This document shows, one piece after another, positions 39,737 through 49,380 of a stretch of DNA of 64,000 nt. The first letter of the stretch is position 1; each line of letters opens with the position of its first letter. The notes below the pieces were generated by a model. That model was not told where the DNA came from, made no database searches, and saw only the letters and a list, made by a program, of their open reading frames with translations. Source of the stretch: an uncultured Candidatus Rokubacteria bacterium (GTDB lineage: Bacteria > Methylomirabilota > Methylomirabilia > Rokubacteriales > CSP1-6); NCBI GenBank assembly GCA_963734175.1, contig CAVTGC010000010.1, positions 252,976 through 316,975 of the forward strand. Direction: 5' to 3'. The position numbers and the translations under genes were made by a program.

Positions 39737-40135
39737 ATGAGCGCATTGGAGCAGGCCCTCGGTGGGCCGGCGATCGAGGTGGTGGCGAAGGCGACACGGC
39801 GGCGGTTCACGTTGGAGTACAAGCGGAAGGTGGTCCGAGAGGCCGACGCCTGTAAGACACCGGGCGCGATCGGGGCGCTGCTGCGGCGGGAGGGACTGTA
39901 CTCCTCGCACCTGACGACGTGGCGGGCGGCGCGGGAGCGGGGCGAGTTGGTCGGGGCGCCGAAGCAACGCGGGCCGGCGCGGCGGGTCGTCGATCCGCGG
40001 GACAAGAAACTGGCCGAGCAAGCGCGGGAGATCAGCCGGTGGCAGAAGCGTGCCGAGCGAGCTGAGGCGCTGGTGGCCCTGCAAAAACAAGTGGCGGCGT
40101 TGCTGGGAACGCCGTTGGTCGACGAGACCTCGTGA
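39737..40135 (+). CDS. IS3-family transposase OrfA
   Basis: Identical to 12363..12761. Confidence 0.9.
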   Translation: MSALEQALGGPAIEVVAKATRRRFTLEYKRKVVREADACKTPGAIGALLRREGLYSSHLTTWRAARERGELVGAPKQRGPARRVVDPRDKKLAEQAREISRWQKRAERAEALVALQKQVAALLGTPLVDETS

Positions 40136-41142
40136 TGGCGACGGTCGCCCAGATCGGGCCACGGCTGGGCATCGCTCCCACGTGCGCGGCGCTCGGGCTG
40201 CCCCGCGCCACGTACTATCGTCGACGTCGGCCCGCGCGCGCCGCGCCACCGCGGCGGCGGTCGCCTCGGGCCCTCGGCGAGAGCGAACGCGCGGCCGTGC
40301 TCGAGCAGTTGCATACGCCGCGCTTCGTGGACCTGGCGCCGGGCGAGGTCTATGCCACCCTGCTCGACGAGGGCCGATATCTGTGTTCCGAGCGGACGAT
40401 GTATCGCGTCCTGGCCGCGCACGCCGAGGTGCGGGAGCGGCGCGCTCAGCTCCGGCATCCTGTCTATGCTGCCCCGGAGCTGCTGGCCCGTCGCCCCAAC
40501 GAGCTGTGGAGCTGGGACATCACCAAGCTTCTCGGGCCCGTGAAGTGGACCTACTTCTACCTCTACGTCATGCTCGACGTCTTCAGCCGGTACGTGGTCG
40601 GCTGGATGGTGGCTCATCGCGAGAGCGCGACCCTGGCTGAGCAGTTCATCCGCGAGACCTGTGCGCGCCAAGCCATCGTGCGCGAGCAGCTCACGGTCCA
40701 CGCCGATCGCGGGTCGGCGATGACCTCGAAGCCCGTCGCCCTGTTGCTCGCGGATCTCGGCGTCACCAAGACGCATGGCCGGCCGCACGTGTCGAACGAC
40801 AACCCGTTCTCCGAGGCCCAGTTCAAGACGCTGAAGTACCGCCCGGCCTTCCCGGGGCGCTTCGGGTCGATCCAGGACGCGCGGGCGCACTGCCACGTCT
40901 TCTTCCCCTGGTACAACACCGAGCACCATCACACCGGACTCGGCCTGTTGACGCCCGCCGACGTGCACCACGGTTTGGCCGAGCAGCGCATCGCGGTGCG
41001 CGCGACCGTGCTCGCCACGGCCTACACGGCGCATCCCGAGCGATTTTCTGCGGGCCTTCCGGTCCCGGCGGCGATGCCGACCGAAGTCTGGATCAACCCC
41101 CCAACGCGCCGTGCGCTCGCGGAGGTGGCGCTCACTCACTAA
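40132..41142 (+). CDS. IS3-family transposase OrfB
   Basis: Identical to 12758..13768. Confidence 0.9.
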   Translation: MMATVAQIGPRLGIAPTCAALGLPRATYYRRRRPARAAPPRRRSPRALGESERAAVLEQLHTPRFVDLAPGEVYATLLDEGRYLCSERTMYRVLAAHAEVRERRAQLRHPVYAAPELLARRPNELWSWDITKLLGPVKWTYFYLYVMLDVFSRYVVGWMVAHRESATLAEQFIRETCARQAIVREQLTVHADRGSAMTSKPVALLLADLGVTKTHGRPHVSNDNPFSEAQFKTLKYRPAFPGRFGSIQDARAHCHVFFPWYNTEHHHTGLGLLTPADVHHGLAEQRIAVRATVLATAYTAHPERFSAGLPVPAAMPTEVWINPPTRRALAEVALTH

Positions 41143-41224
41143 ACTCGAGACCCGACTGTCTCATTCTTGTTGACAGGCTCCGCGCGCCTGAACCGACAAC
41201 TCCGCGTGGACTGAGTCGGCTACT

Positions 41225-41677
41225 TCACCAGCAGCAGGCGTGCTTCGAGCGAGCGGACCTACACCGCGCCTGCAGGCGGTCAGAGCCGCGTCGCAGGACC
41301 AGTGACGTGTGGTGCAGGCGGGCGCTACGCTGCCATGTCGACTCGATCAAGACCGCTGCACCGACACACTCGCCTTGCATCGGTGGCTTGAGTGAGCAGC
41401 GGAGATGGACACGGCCCTCCGCGCCATTCGCCGCCGTAGCGGCTCCCGGTCGCACGACCTCGCCGCATGCCGAGCAGAAGCGGTACGGCGCATACGAGGA
41501 CCAGTCGTCTTTGAGCTGACTCACGTACCGGTTGGTGAAGGGCAGGTACGGAAGGAGGATCTGATCGACATCGCGGGGGTCCAGGGGGCCAGACCAGCTC
41601 ACGAGCTTCCGGTTCTCGACCGCGACCGCCCAGACGTCGCCGGTGACGAGGTGTTGCCAGAAGCCGCGCTCGATCAT
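41225..41677 (-). CDS. Hypothetical protein with a zinc-ribbon-like motif (…RFCSACGEVVRPGAATAANGAEGRVHLRC…)
   Basis: N-terminus MIERGFWQHLVTGDVWAVAVENRKLVSWSGPLDPRDVDQILLPYLPFTNRYVSQLKDDWSSY…. It ends 41 bp from the IS3 right end. Confidence 0.35.
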   Translation of the reverse strand: MIERGFWQHLVTGDVWAVAVENRKLVSWSGPLDPRDVDQILLPYLPFTNRYVSQLKDDWSSYAPYRFCSACGEVVRPGAATAANGAEGRVHLRCSLKPPMQGECVGAAVLIESTWQRSARLHHTSLVLRRGSDRLQARCRSARSKHACCW

Positions 41678-41706
41678 CGTCGTCCTCCCACGGCAACGTC
41701 GGTCAG

Positions 41707-42132
41707 TTGGTCAGGCTACCACGTGGTTCAAGCCGACGCTCCAGTGAGGCCGCGTCCACGGAAGTGAGATGCCGGCGAGGCAGGAGCGGGTTCCAGGGCA
41801 AGTGTGGCCGGCATCCCGCCCCGCTGCTATCCTTTCAGGTGCCTCCCTCAGGGCCTCCGACAGGCGCATCAGGCGTCGGACCCTTCTGGTATCTGGCGTG
41901 GCCCTTCATCCCCCAGAGGGGCAAGCTGCCAAGCCGGCGCCCTGACCGGACCTGGGGCGGGCCAGGAGTCGGTGCCCCCTGCGCCGTCTGCGAACTACCC
42001 GTCACCCCGGATGAGATGGAGTTCGAGATCCAGTTCGCTCGCGACGGCGACAACCCAGGGTTGGACAAGTTCCACGTCCACATCCGCTGCTTCGCCGCGT
42101 GGGAGTTTGAGCGCCGGAGTGCCCAGACATGA
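41707..42132 (+). CDS. Small C-terminal zinc-ribbon protein related to sub-family A. The true start is probably internal.
   Basis: …GAPCAVCELPVTPDEMEFEIQFARDGDNPGLDKFHVHIRCFAAWEFERRS aligns with …GKACDACEQSITGQNREIEFDDQGLGTIRLHVLCLAMWQIERVK. Confidence 0.45.
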   Translation: MVRLPRGSSRRSSEAASTEVRCRRGRSGFQGKCGRHPAPLLSFQVPPSGPPTGASGVGPFWYLAWPFIPQRGKLPSRRPDRTWGGPGVGAPCAVCELPVTPDEMEFEIQFARDGDNPGLDKFHVHIRCFAAWEFERRSAQT

Positions 42133-42524
42133 ACGTCTTGGCCTTATCGAAACCCGGCCACCCCGACCTGGCGCTGGCGCATTGTCGACTACAACGGTGA
42201 AACGATAGAGGAGTCCTACACGGGGGTTCCCCACCATCGCGGCGGCGCTCGCAGATGGGAACGCGCATGTGCGGCAGAACGCCGCGCGTGAAGGCCCCCT
42301 CCTACTGCGTCGGAGCCGGTAGGATGACCTCCGACGAGCGAGCCCAGACGATTATCAGCCACTCCGATATCCTCTGCGAGACGAGCGGCGCGCTGATCGT
42401 GAGCAGCCAGGAACTGATCGAGAAGGCCGACCGACTGGTACTGGAGGCCGAGGCCCTCTGGTTGATCACTTGGCCTCGCCATCCGTGAAGTCCCACGATG
42501 CTCTCGGGCACCCGCCCGCGCGGA

Positions 42525-42950
42525 CTACGTCGCCGCGCCGCCGTTGCCCTTGAAAACTTGCTTGACGCGTTCGCTCTGCCACATCGCCAGGCATTGGGCA
42601 TGAAGCCGGATCGTGCCCAGGCCCGGGTCATCGAACTGGTACTCGCGGTCCTGTATCGTGACCGGCTGGTCGCAGGCATCGCACGCCTTGCCTGACCCGC
42701 AGCCGACCCACATCTTCTCGGGCCGGTCGCGCGGCAGCAGACCTGCAGTGAACTTGGCTTGGATGGTGCCAAGAAGATTGGTCTGGCCTATGTCGCTGGC
42801 ACCATGGATCGGGCGCCTACGACCGCCTCGTGACCACTCGGCCGACCGGCGCATATCCCTGGCGACGCGAACGAGCATCGGGGCTTGTCCGAAGATATCG
42901 GTCGGTGGCAAGTCGATCACGGGCCGCGATAGTGGCACCGCGCGACTCAA
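42525..42950 (-). CDS. Small C-terminal zinc-ribbon protein, sub-family A
   Basis: MSRAVPLSRPVIDLPPTDIFGQAPMLVRVARDMRRSAEWSRGGRRRPIHGASDIGQTNLLGTIQAKFTAGLLPRDRPEKMWVGCGSGKACDACDQPVTIQDREYQFDDPGLGTIRLHAQCLAMWQSERVK. Confidence 0.55.
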   Translation of the reverse strand: MSRAVPLSRPVIDLPPTDIFGQAPMLVRVARDMRRSAEWSRGGRRRPIHGASDIGQTNLLGTIQAKFTAGLLPRDRPEKMWVGCGSGKACDACDQPVTIQDREYQFDDPGLGTIRLHAQCLAMWQSERVKQVFKGNGGAAT

Positions 42951-43065
42951 TACGCAAGCGCCCGTCGGCGATGCGGATCCTCTGCCGCGGAGATACTAAG
43001 GTCCCGAAGCGGGGACAGCATTGTCCCGTACGACGCCTGAGCCTGAGCTGGGAGCTGCTCGCCGT

Positions 43066-43512
43066 TCAACCCGGCCGAGACAGTCGCGATTTGTGAAGGC
43101 GAGGAAGAGCAAACCACAATCCGAAGAAAAGGCCGAATAAGACTGCGGGCAGCACAGCCACGGCCGGCTTATGGAGAGTGATGCGGCCGATGAGATAGAC
43201 CTCAAGGCAGATGCTCACGGCGAGCGGCCACATACTCCAGAGCAGCAGCGACGTTGATATTCGAATGAACGCCTCGGTGACCTCTTTCGGATTCGTCTGT
43301 CGATGGTAGGCCGCGGGAGACATCACAAGGGCGATGGCCATCACAACGAGCGCAATCGCCAGCAAATGTATTCGTTGTTCGTTCGGGGTCAGCTTTTCGC
43401 CGAAAGAGGCATTGAATACGGCTATCAGCTGGAACCCAAAGAGGGCTTGAATCCCAGGCAATACCATACGGGCCTCATCGAGCAGATACTGCGCGGCTTT
43501 GGAAAGTGACAA
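43066..43512 (-). CDS. Hypothetical integral membrane protein, 148 aa
   Basis: 4 predicted TM stretches. It sits in a locally AT-richer patch. Confidence 0.45.
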   Translation of the reverse strand: MSLSKAAQYLLDEARMVLPGIQALFGFQLIAVFNASFGEKLTPNEQRIHLLAIALVVMAIALVMSPAAYHRQTNPKEVTEAFIRISTSLLLWSMWPLAVSICLEVYLIGRITLHKPAVAVLPAVLFGLFFGLWFALPRLHKSRLSRPG

Positions 43513-43798
43513 CTCCTCGCGCTCGTCGGGTGAATGATGTCATGTGTGAACGCTCAGTCGCCCTGCCTTCGTACGATGGAGGATGCAGAATCAACATAGC
43601 TCGGAGAACGGGAGGGTCAAGGGTGTGGCCGGGTATAACAAGTCGGCTCTTTACGCCGGGTGCCCAACGATATCATCGGGGAGCGTGTAGTCGTGGCTGC
43701 GTAGCCAGCGTGCGGACGCCCACTTGGGGCGCGTGCTCGAGATTAACGCTCAACCCCGTGCGCCGAGGGGTCGGGCGGCGAAGAGACGCCACGCTATT

Positions 43799-44248
43799 TC
43801 AGCCGACTCGTCGCAAGATCATCAGCAAAACAAAGACGAGACTAGCGACCGCGAACGCGAGAGCCTGCGCAAGCCAACGCTCCCGCCGCCGAGCGTGCAT
43901 TACGAAAATACCGGTGAAGGCGAGGCCCGGGCGAATGCAGAAGACGCCTTCGGTTGCCATCTGGCCGTTGCGGCCAAGTACCCGCACATTGCGCCGGAGC
44001 AGCTCTTCGGGTGAGGGCTCATCGATCGCCACGACCGCGCTGTACCATCGGTATGCCAGATCTTCGATCTCGTGCCGCGCCTTCCGCACAGCCCGCAGAT
44101 CCGCAGTCAGCTTGATGGTTGTTCCCATCGCCATCCCAGCCAAAACCGCCGTCACCGTCGCGATCAGCAACATTGCGAAACGCTGCTTTCTGACATGTTT
44201 GGGCCTGGATAGTGGATGACGCCCGCGTGGCACTGGGTTAGCCAGCAC
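43799..44248 (-). CDS. Hypothetical membrane protein, 149 aa
   Basis: TM stretches MLLIATVTAVLAGMAMGT and LAFAVASLVFVLLMIL. Confidence 0.4.
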   Translation of the reverse strand: MLANPVPRGRHPLSRPKHVRKQRFAMLLIATVTAVLAGMAMGTTIKLTADLRAVRKARHEIEDLAYRWYSAVVAIDEPSPEELLRRNVRVLGRNGQMATEGVFCIRPGLAFTGIFVMHARRRERWLAQALAFAVASLVFVLLMILRRVG

Positions 44249-44825
44249 CCTGGAGCCAATCCTCGCGGGTGTCTAGTGTGTGGGCTGCGCGCCTTCTAAA
44301 CGTACGATCTACCGATCTTGGTCATATTGCAATCACCATAGTGGTCGATTCCTCCGGGCCGACGGGCCCATAAGCCGTTGCTGATAGTCAAAGATCGGAG
44401 AGCGTCTCCGATAAGATCTCCGACACCAATACCTGAGCTCTGCCATGTTCCCCAGCTCCCTGCTAATCTCCGGCGCGTCTCCATGGTCCGCGGTAGGAGA
44501 GGCTTCACCTGTGGCCATGCCCCCAAAACCGAAGACGCGATGAAGCGAACTAGAGCTGTAGCAGACCTCCGGGAGCGGATATGGCTGCGTGCCCATGTCA
44601 TGTCGCGCTCGGTCTCAGGCGATCCCTGCGTCGTATCGCGCTCAGACCGTGGCGGGCCGCTGGATGGTCACCATATCGCCCAGGACGTCGTCAGTGAATC
44701 GATCGCCGACCTGGATCTCCATTTGGCACCATCGTGTTCGTCAGGGTTTCCACGTCCTGCGCCACCGGGGCTTTTGGCTCGCCGTAAACCGGACCCGATT
44801 TCCTTGGACATCTCACTGGCTAGTG

Positions 44826-45993
44826 TGTCCGGACTCGAAATAGTGTTGACACTTGCCGTGAACGAACAAGAAGGCCATCGGCTCTATCTTTCCCAGAGTG
44901 CTTACCCCGCCAAGGGAACCACTGTGGGAGGACGGACCGATGACCCTCGACGAGAGCGTACACGGAATGCGCCTGCGCGTCATCGAGCGGGCGCAGGTGC
45001 TCGGCAACGTCAGCGCCGTCTGCCGCGAGCTGGGCATCTCCCGGACCCTGTTTTACCGCTGGCGCCAACGGCTGGAACGCTATGGCGTCGAGGGGGTTCA
45101 TCCCCGGCGGCAGCGCGCCGGCGCGGGGCGGCCGGTGGCGACCCCGCCGGAGGTGGAACGGCTGGTGCTGGGGATTGCGATCAGCGCCGCGACCTGGGGG
45201 TGTCGCCGCCTGGCGGCCTACCTGGCGCGCACCTGGCAGATCCGCCTGGCGCCCAGCACCGTGCAGCGGCTGCTCCGCCGAGTCGGTTTGGCCACGCGCC
45301 GAGCGCGCCTGACGGTGCTCGAGCAGCAGGCCGCCCGGACGGCGGGGCTGCTCACGGACCGCACCCGGGAGAAGCTCTGGCGGGCCCGTCACGGCCGCAC
45401 GCGGCACGTCGAGGCCACGGAGCCGGGCCAGCTGGTGTGTCTGGACACCTTCTACATCGGCAACCTCAAAGGCGTGGGCAAGGTGTGGCAGATCACCGCG
45501 TGCGACGCGGCGACCTCTTACGGGCTGGCCGGCCTGCTGCCCGCCCACGACGCGGCCGCCGCCGCCCGCTTCCTGCGCGAGGTCGTGGTGCCGCACTTCC
45601 AGCGCGCGGGCTGGCCGGTGCGGCGCGTGCTCACCGATGGTGGCCCGGAATTCAAGGGCGCCTTTGATGGGGCCTGCCGCGAGCTCCGCCTCCGCCATAC
45701 GCGCACGAAACCGCGTCATGCCTGGACCAACGGCTTCGTCGAACGCCTGCAGGGCACGATTCTCCAGGAACTCTGGCGCGTCGTCTTCCGTCGCCGCTAT
45801 TTCACTCGTCGCGCGACGCTGCAGCGAGCCCTCGACGGCTTCATGCGCTACTACAACCACGACCGGCCTCACCAAGGCTATCGCGTCCGCGGTCGTACCC
45901 CGGCCGCGCTCGTCTGGGGCGTGGCCACACAATGAGCTCATTCACCACCACTCTGGGACCGCGGAAGTGTCAACACCATTTCGAGTCTGGACA
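44826..45993 (+). mobile_element. IS481-family insertion sequence, copy B, 1168 bp
   Basis: Flanked by the 8-bp direct repeat GGCTAGTG (44818-44825 and 45994-46001). Confidence 0.9.
44898..45935 (+). CDS. IS481-family transposase
   Basis: Identical to the copy A protein. Confidence 0.9.
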   Translation: MLTPPREPLWEDGPMTLDESVHGMRLRVIERAQVLGNVSAVCRELGISRTLFYRWRQRLERYGVEGVHPRRQRAGAGRPVATPPEVERLVLGIAISAATWGCRRLAAYLARTWQIRLAPSTVQRLLRRVGLATRRARLTVLEQQAARTAGLLTDRTREKLWRARHGRTRHVEATEPGQLVCLDTFYIGNLKGVGKVWQITACDAATSYGLAGLLPAHDAAAAARFLREVVVPHFQRAGWPVRRVLTDGGPEFKGAFDGACRELRLRHTRTKPRHAWTNGFVERLQGTILQELWRVVFRRRYFTRRATLQRALDGFMRYYNHDRPHQGYRVRGRTPAALVWGVATQ

Positions 45994-46031
45994 GGCTAGT
46001 GGTGGGATGAGCAGCAACCAAGGAGGTTGGA

Positions 46032-46397
46032 ATGAAGGCCAAGCCCCCGAAGGGAAAACCTGGTGGCACCGACCCCACGCCAGGAACGGCCGCGGATGAG
46101 TTGCCGGAGCGCTGGAGCGTGCAGCGGAAGACGGAGTTGGTGATGCGGCTGCTGCGCGGGGAGGCCTTGGATGCCGTGTCGCGGGAGAGCCAGGTGCCGG
46201 CGCACGAGCTCGAGCGCTGGCAGCGGATCTTCCTGGACCAGGGCAAGCGCGGGCTGCGCACGAAAGCCGAGCCGGAGGAGCGCGAGCTGATCCTGGCCCG
46301 CGCGAAAATCGGCGAGCTGATGATGCGCCTGGAGCTCGCCGAGGACCTCATCGAAAAAAGGGGCTTCACGGACGAGTGGAAGAGGCGCAGGGGATGA
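46032..46397 (+). CDS. IS3-family transposase OrfA (second IS3-like element)
   Basis: …ELPERWSVQRKTELVMRLLRGEALDAVSRESQVPAHELERWQRIFLDQGKRGL… AAGGAGG lies upstream of the ATG. The A6G motif (gaaaaaagg, about 46353-46361) sits in the 22-nt overlap with orfB. Confidence 0.85.
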   Translation: MKAKPPKGKPGGTDPTPGTAADELPERWSVQRKTELVMRLLRGEALDAVSRESQVPAHELERWQRIFLDQGKRGLRTKAEPEERELILARAKIGELMMRLELAEDLIEKRGFTDEWKRRRG

Positions 46398-47275
46398 GCC
46401 GGCAGCGCAGTGCCACGGGGCGCCGGTACCCGTTGACGATGATTTGTCGGGTGTATCGGCTGGCCCGGTCGTCGGTCTACGCGGCCGCTCTGGCGCCGTC
46501 GGCGGGACCGCCTGGCAAGCGCGGGCCCAAGACGCGAGTGAGCGATGGGGAGCTCGTGAAGGAGATCCGTGCCGTGCTGGCGGCGTGCCCCTTTCATGGC
46601 GAAGGCTATCGCAAGGTGCGCGCACGGCTGGCCCACCGCGGCCGGGCGGCCAGTGGCAAGCGCGTGCTTCGGCTGATGCGCACGCACGGCCTGCTGGCCC
46701 CGCGCCGCCTGGGGCCCCCGAATGGCAACCCGGCCCACGACGGGACCATCACCACCGATCGGCCGGACGTGATGTGGGGGACCGATGCGACACGCTTCTA
46801 TACCGAGCGCGACGGCTGGTGCTGGTTCTTCGGCGCGATCGATCACCATCTCGACGAAGTCGTCGGCTGGCACACGGCGAAGCTCGGCGATCGCTGGGCC
46901 GCTCTCGAGCCCATTCGCCAGGGGGTCCGCCATGCCTTCGGGCGGTTCGGCAAAGAGGTGGCGCGGGGCTTGGCGATCCGGTGCGACTGGGGCTTGCAGT
47001 ACATTGCCGACGCCTGGATCAACGAGGTGAAGTGGCTCGGGTGCACGATCTCGCCGTCGTACGTTGGCGAACCCGAGTGCAACGGGGTCGCCGAGCGCTT
47101 CATGCGCACGCTCAAGGAGCAGTGCATCTACTTGCATCAGTTCGCGAGCCTCGAGGAGGCGCGGCGACTCATCGACGAGTTCATCGCCCGGTACAACGCC
47201 GAGTGGCTGATCGAACGCCTCGGCCATCGCACCCCGGCGCAGGCGCGGGCCGCGGCCCTGGACCGAGTAGCGTGA
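46376..47275 (+). CDS. IS3-family transposase OrfB (rve integrase). Probably expressed as an OrfAB fusion by -1 frameshifting.
   Basis: …DRPDVMWGTDATRFYTERDGWCWFFGAIDHHLDEVVGWH…IRCDWGLQYIADAW…SYVGEPECNGVAERFMRTLKEQCIY… The minus-strand ORF 45938..47227 is antisense. Confidence 0.85.
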   Translation: MEEAQGMSRQRSATGRRYPLTMICRVYRLARSSVYAAALAPSAGPPGKRGPKTRVSDGELVKEIRAVLAACPFHGEGYRKVRARLAHRGRAASGKRVLRLMRTHGLLAPRRLGPPNGNPAHDGTITTDRPDVMWGTDATRFYTERDGWCWFFGAIDHHLDEVVGWHTAKLGDRWAALEPIRQGVRHAFGRFGKEVARGLAIRCDWGLQYIADAWINEVKWLGCTISPSYVGEPECNGVAERFMRTLKEQCIYLHQFASLEEARRLIDEFIARYNAEWLIERLGHRTPAQARAAALDRVA

Positions 47276-47416
47276 CCATGATGCTGGGGCTCACCCTGAC
47301 AATCGAGGGCCACAGATGTCAGAGGCGAGAACGCTGAAGCTCACAATTGCGGCTTGCTCAGTGTCCAGGAAACCGGGTGCGGTACAGCCGCGGCGCTGAG
47401 GCTCAGCCCTTCCGCT

Positions 47417-48385
47417 TCACTCGATCACCTGATCGGCCCGCAGCAGTAGGGACTGCGGGATCGTCAGGCCGAGCGCTTTGGCCGTCTTGAGGTTGACGAC
47501 GAGTTCGAACTTGGTGGCTTGCTCGATGGGAAGATCCGCCGGCTTGGCGCCTCTGAGGATCTTGTCGACATAAATTGCCGCTCTTCGCAGTTGCTCGAAG
47601 ACGTTCGCGCTGTAAGACATGAGCCCACCCGCCTCTACAACGGATCGATCGGTATACATCGCCGGCCAGCGCTTCCGCGCGGCAAACTCGACGATGCGCC
47701 GTTGATATGCAGTAGTGATGGCCGTGGGAAAGAACACTGCACCGGCGTGTTGGGAGATCGCGGCCTCGAGAGCCTTCTCCAGTTCCGCTGATTCTCGCAC
47801 GCGGACGGACTCGACCTGGAGGCTCAGGTTTTGGGCGGCCGATTCCACCGCCTGGCACCTCCTGACCGTCGCGGCATTCGCTGGATCCCAGGCGCAGGCG
47901 ACACGCTTAAGACCTGGGACCATCTCCTTGACCAGCTCAAGGGCCTTGCCATCGGCCTCCGGGCCGACAAGTGAGAGGCCTGTGGTGTTGCCGCCCGGCT
48001 GCGCAAGGCTTTTGACCAAGCCAGTCCCGACGGGATCAGCGCTGACGCTGACGATCGGAATGTTCAAGGCTTGCTGGGCCGCGCGAGCCGCCGGCGTTGT
48101 GAACGTGACGATCACATCGACGCGAGCGCGGATAAGATCCGCGACTAGGCCAGGGAGGCGGTCGCCACGTCCTTCGGCGCTGCGATTCTCGACGACGACG
48201 TTCTTGCCTTCGACGTAACCGAGATCGCTCAGACCCTGGCGGAGCGCGTCGAGTTCACCCCCGCCCGCCATGCCCCATTGAAGGAAGCCTATCCGCCAGA
48301 GCTTCCCCACCTGTTGCCCCCCAGCGGCGAACGGCGTAGCAACCGCACCAGCCAGTGAGGTCAGCAGGAAGCGGCGGCGGTCCAC
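47417..48385 (-). CDS. PF04392-family ('ABC transporter substrate-binding protein') periplasmic protein with a Tat-type signal, paralog 4 of 4
   Basis: MDRRRFLLTSLAGAVATPFAA… ; …DVIVTFTTPAARAAQQALNIPIVSVSADPVGTGLVKSLAQPGGNTTGL… ; …TIPQSLLLRADQVIE. Confidence 0.8.
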   Translation of the reverse strand: MDRRRFLLTSLAGAVATPFAAGGQQVGKLWRIGFLQWGMAGGGELDALRQGLSDLGYVEGKNVVVENRSAEGRGDRLPGLVADLIRARVDVIVTFTTPAARAAQQALNIPIVSVSADPVGTGLVKSLAQPGGNTTGLSLVGPEADGKALELVKEMVPGLKRVACAWDPANAATVRRCQAVESAAQNLSLQVESVRVRESAELEKALEAAISQHAGAVFFPTAITTAYQRRIVEFAARKRWPAMYTDRSVVEAGGLMSYSANVFEQLRRAAIYVDKILRGAKPADLPIEQATKFELVVNLKTAKALGLTIPQSLLLRADQVIE

Positions 48386-49380
48386 TACTCGATGACCTGA
48401 TCCGCCCGCGCCAGCAGCGATGGCGGGATCGTTAGGCCGAGGGCCTTCGCGGTCCTCAGGTTGATCACGAACTCGTACTTTGTGGGCTGTTCGATGGGAA
48501 TGTCTCCGGGCTTCCCGCCCCGGAGGATTTTGTCCACGAAGGTCGCTGCACGATGGTGAAGATTGGGGAGACTAGCGTTGTATGACATCAGACCACCAGA
48601 ATCCACATAGTGCCGCCAGGGGTAGATGGCGGGAAGGCGATGCTTCAGTGCCAATACCACGACCTGCCCACGATTCGGTTCGAGGACAACCGGATCCGGT
48701 CGGACAACAAGGGCACCGATGCGGGCTCCGTCGATCGCCCTGAACGCCTGTGCAATCCCCTCGGGCTTGGTGACCTCGAAGCTCTGCATCTCCAGACCGA
48801 GCGCACGGGCGGCGGCGTCAATCGCCTTCGCTCTCGATCCGGCGGGGTCAGGGACCGCCATCGGATTCACGAGGGTCGCCACGCGTACGAGGCCCGGAAC
48901 CGTCTGCTTGAGTAGCTCGAGGTGTTTCCCCTCTATCTCCGCCTGAGTCAGCCAGGCTATACCGGTGATGTTCCCTCTTGGCCGTGCCAAGTCCCGGACG
49001 AAGCCCTGCCCAATCGGGTCGGCGACGGCCGACATGACGATCGGAATCCTGGTGGTCGCCCGGCGGGCCGCTTGGGCTGCCAAGCTGCCGCGGACGACGA
49101 TGATGTCGACCTTCAGCCGCACCAGCTCGGTCGCTATGTCCGGCAACCGTTCGGATTTACCTTCTGCGTACCGATACTCGATGATGACATTCGAGCCCGG
49201 CGTCCAGCCCAGCTCGCGGAGGCCCCGCTCGAACGGCTCGCGAGCCAGTGTGGGCGGTTCGCCCAAGCTGCCACCGCTCAAATGTCCAATCCGGGCGGCC
49301 TTCGCCTGCTGCGCCTCCGCCCCGAGCGGCCCGGCCAGGGCACCAGCCACCGAGGTCAGCAGGAAGCGGCGCCGGTCCAC
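48385..49380 (-). CDS. PF04392-family substrate-binding protein, paralog 3 (GTG start)
   Basis: VDRRRFLLTSVAGALAGPLGAEAQQ…IVVRGSLAAQAARRATTRIPIVMSAVADPIGQGFVRDLARPRGNITG… The start overlaps the stop of paralog 2 (TAGTG). Confidence 0.8.
   Translation of the reverse strand: MDRRRFLLTSVAGALAGPLGAEAQQAKAARIGHLSGGSLGEPPTLAREPFERGLRELGWTPGSNVIIEYRYAEGKSERLPDIATELVRLKVDIIVVRGSLAAQAARRATTRIPIVMSAVADPIGQGFVRDLARPRGNITGIAWLTQAEIEGKHLELLKQTVPGLVRVATLVNPMAVPDPAGSRAKAIDAAARALGLEMQSFEVTKPEGIAQAFRAIDGARIGALVVRPDPVVLEPNRGQVVVLALKHRLPAIYPWRHYVDSGGLMSYNASLPNLHHRAATFVDKILRGGKPGDIPIEQPTKYEFVINLRTAKALGLTIPPSLLARADQVIE

Larger units (their letters stand above)
39661..41184 (+). mobile_element. IS3-family insertion sequence, copy 2, identical to copy 1
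   Basis: Shares a 1524-bp identical block with 12286-13809. Confidence 0.9.
44805..47321 (+). mobile_element. Second IS3-like element of about 1.35 kb, whose left end carries the nested IS481 copy B
   Basis: orfA/orfB at 46032-47275. A candidate left inverted repeat TGGACATCTCACTGGC (44805-) is split by the IS481 insertion. A candidate right inverted repeat …GGCCACAGATGTCA (about 47308-47321) matches at roughly 65%. The boundaries are inferred only. Confidence 0.4.

Noticed and set aside
45938-47227. 429-aa minus-strand ORF
   Set aside because: Antisense to the second IS3-like orfA/orfB.
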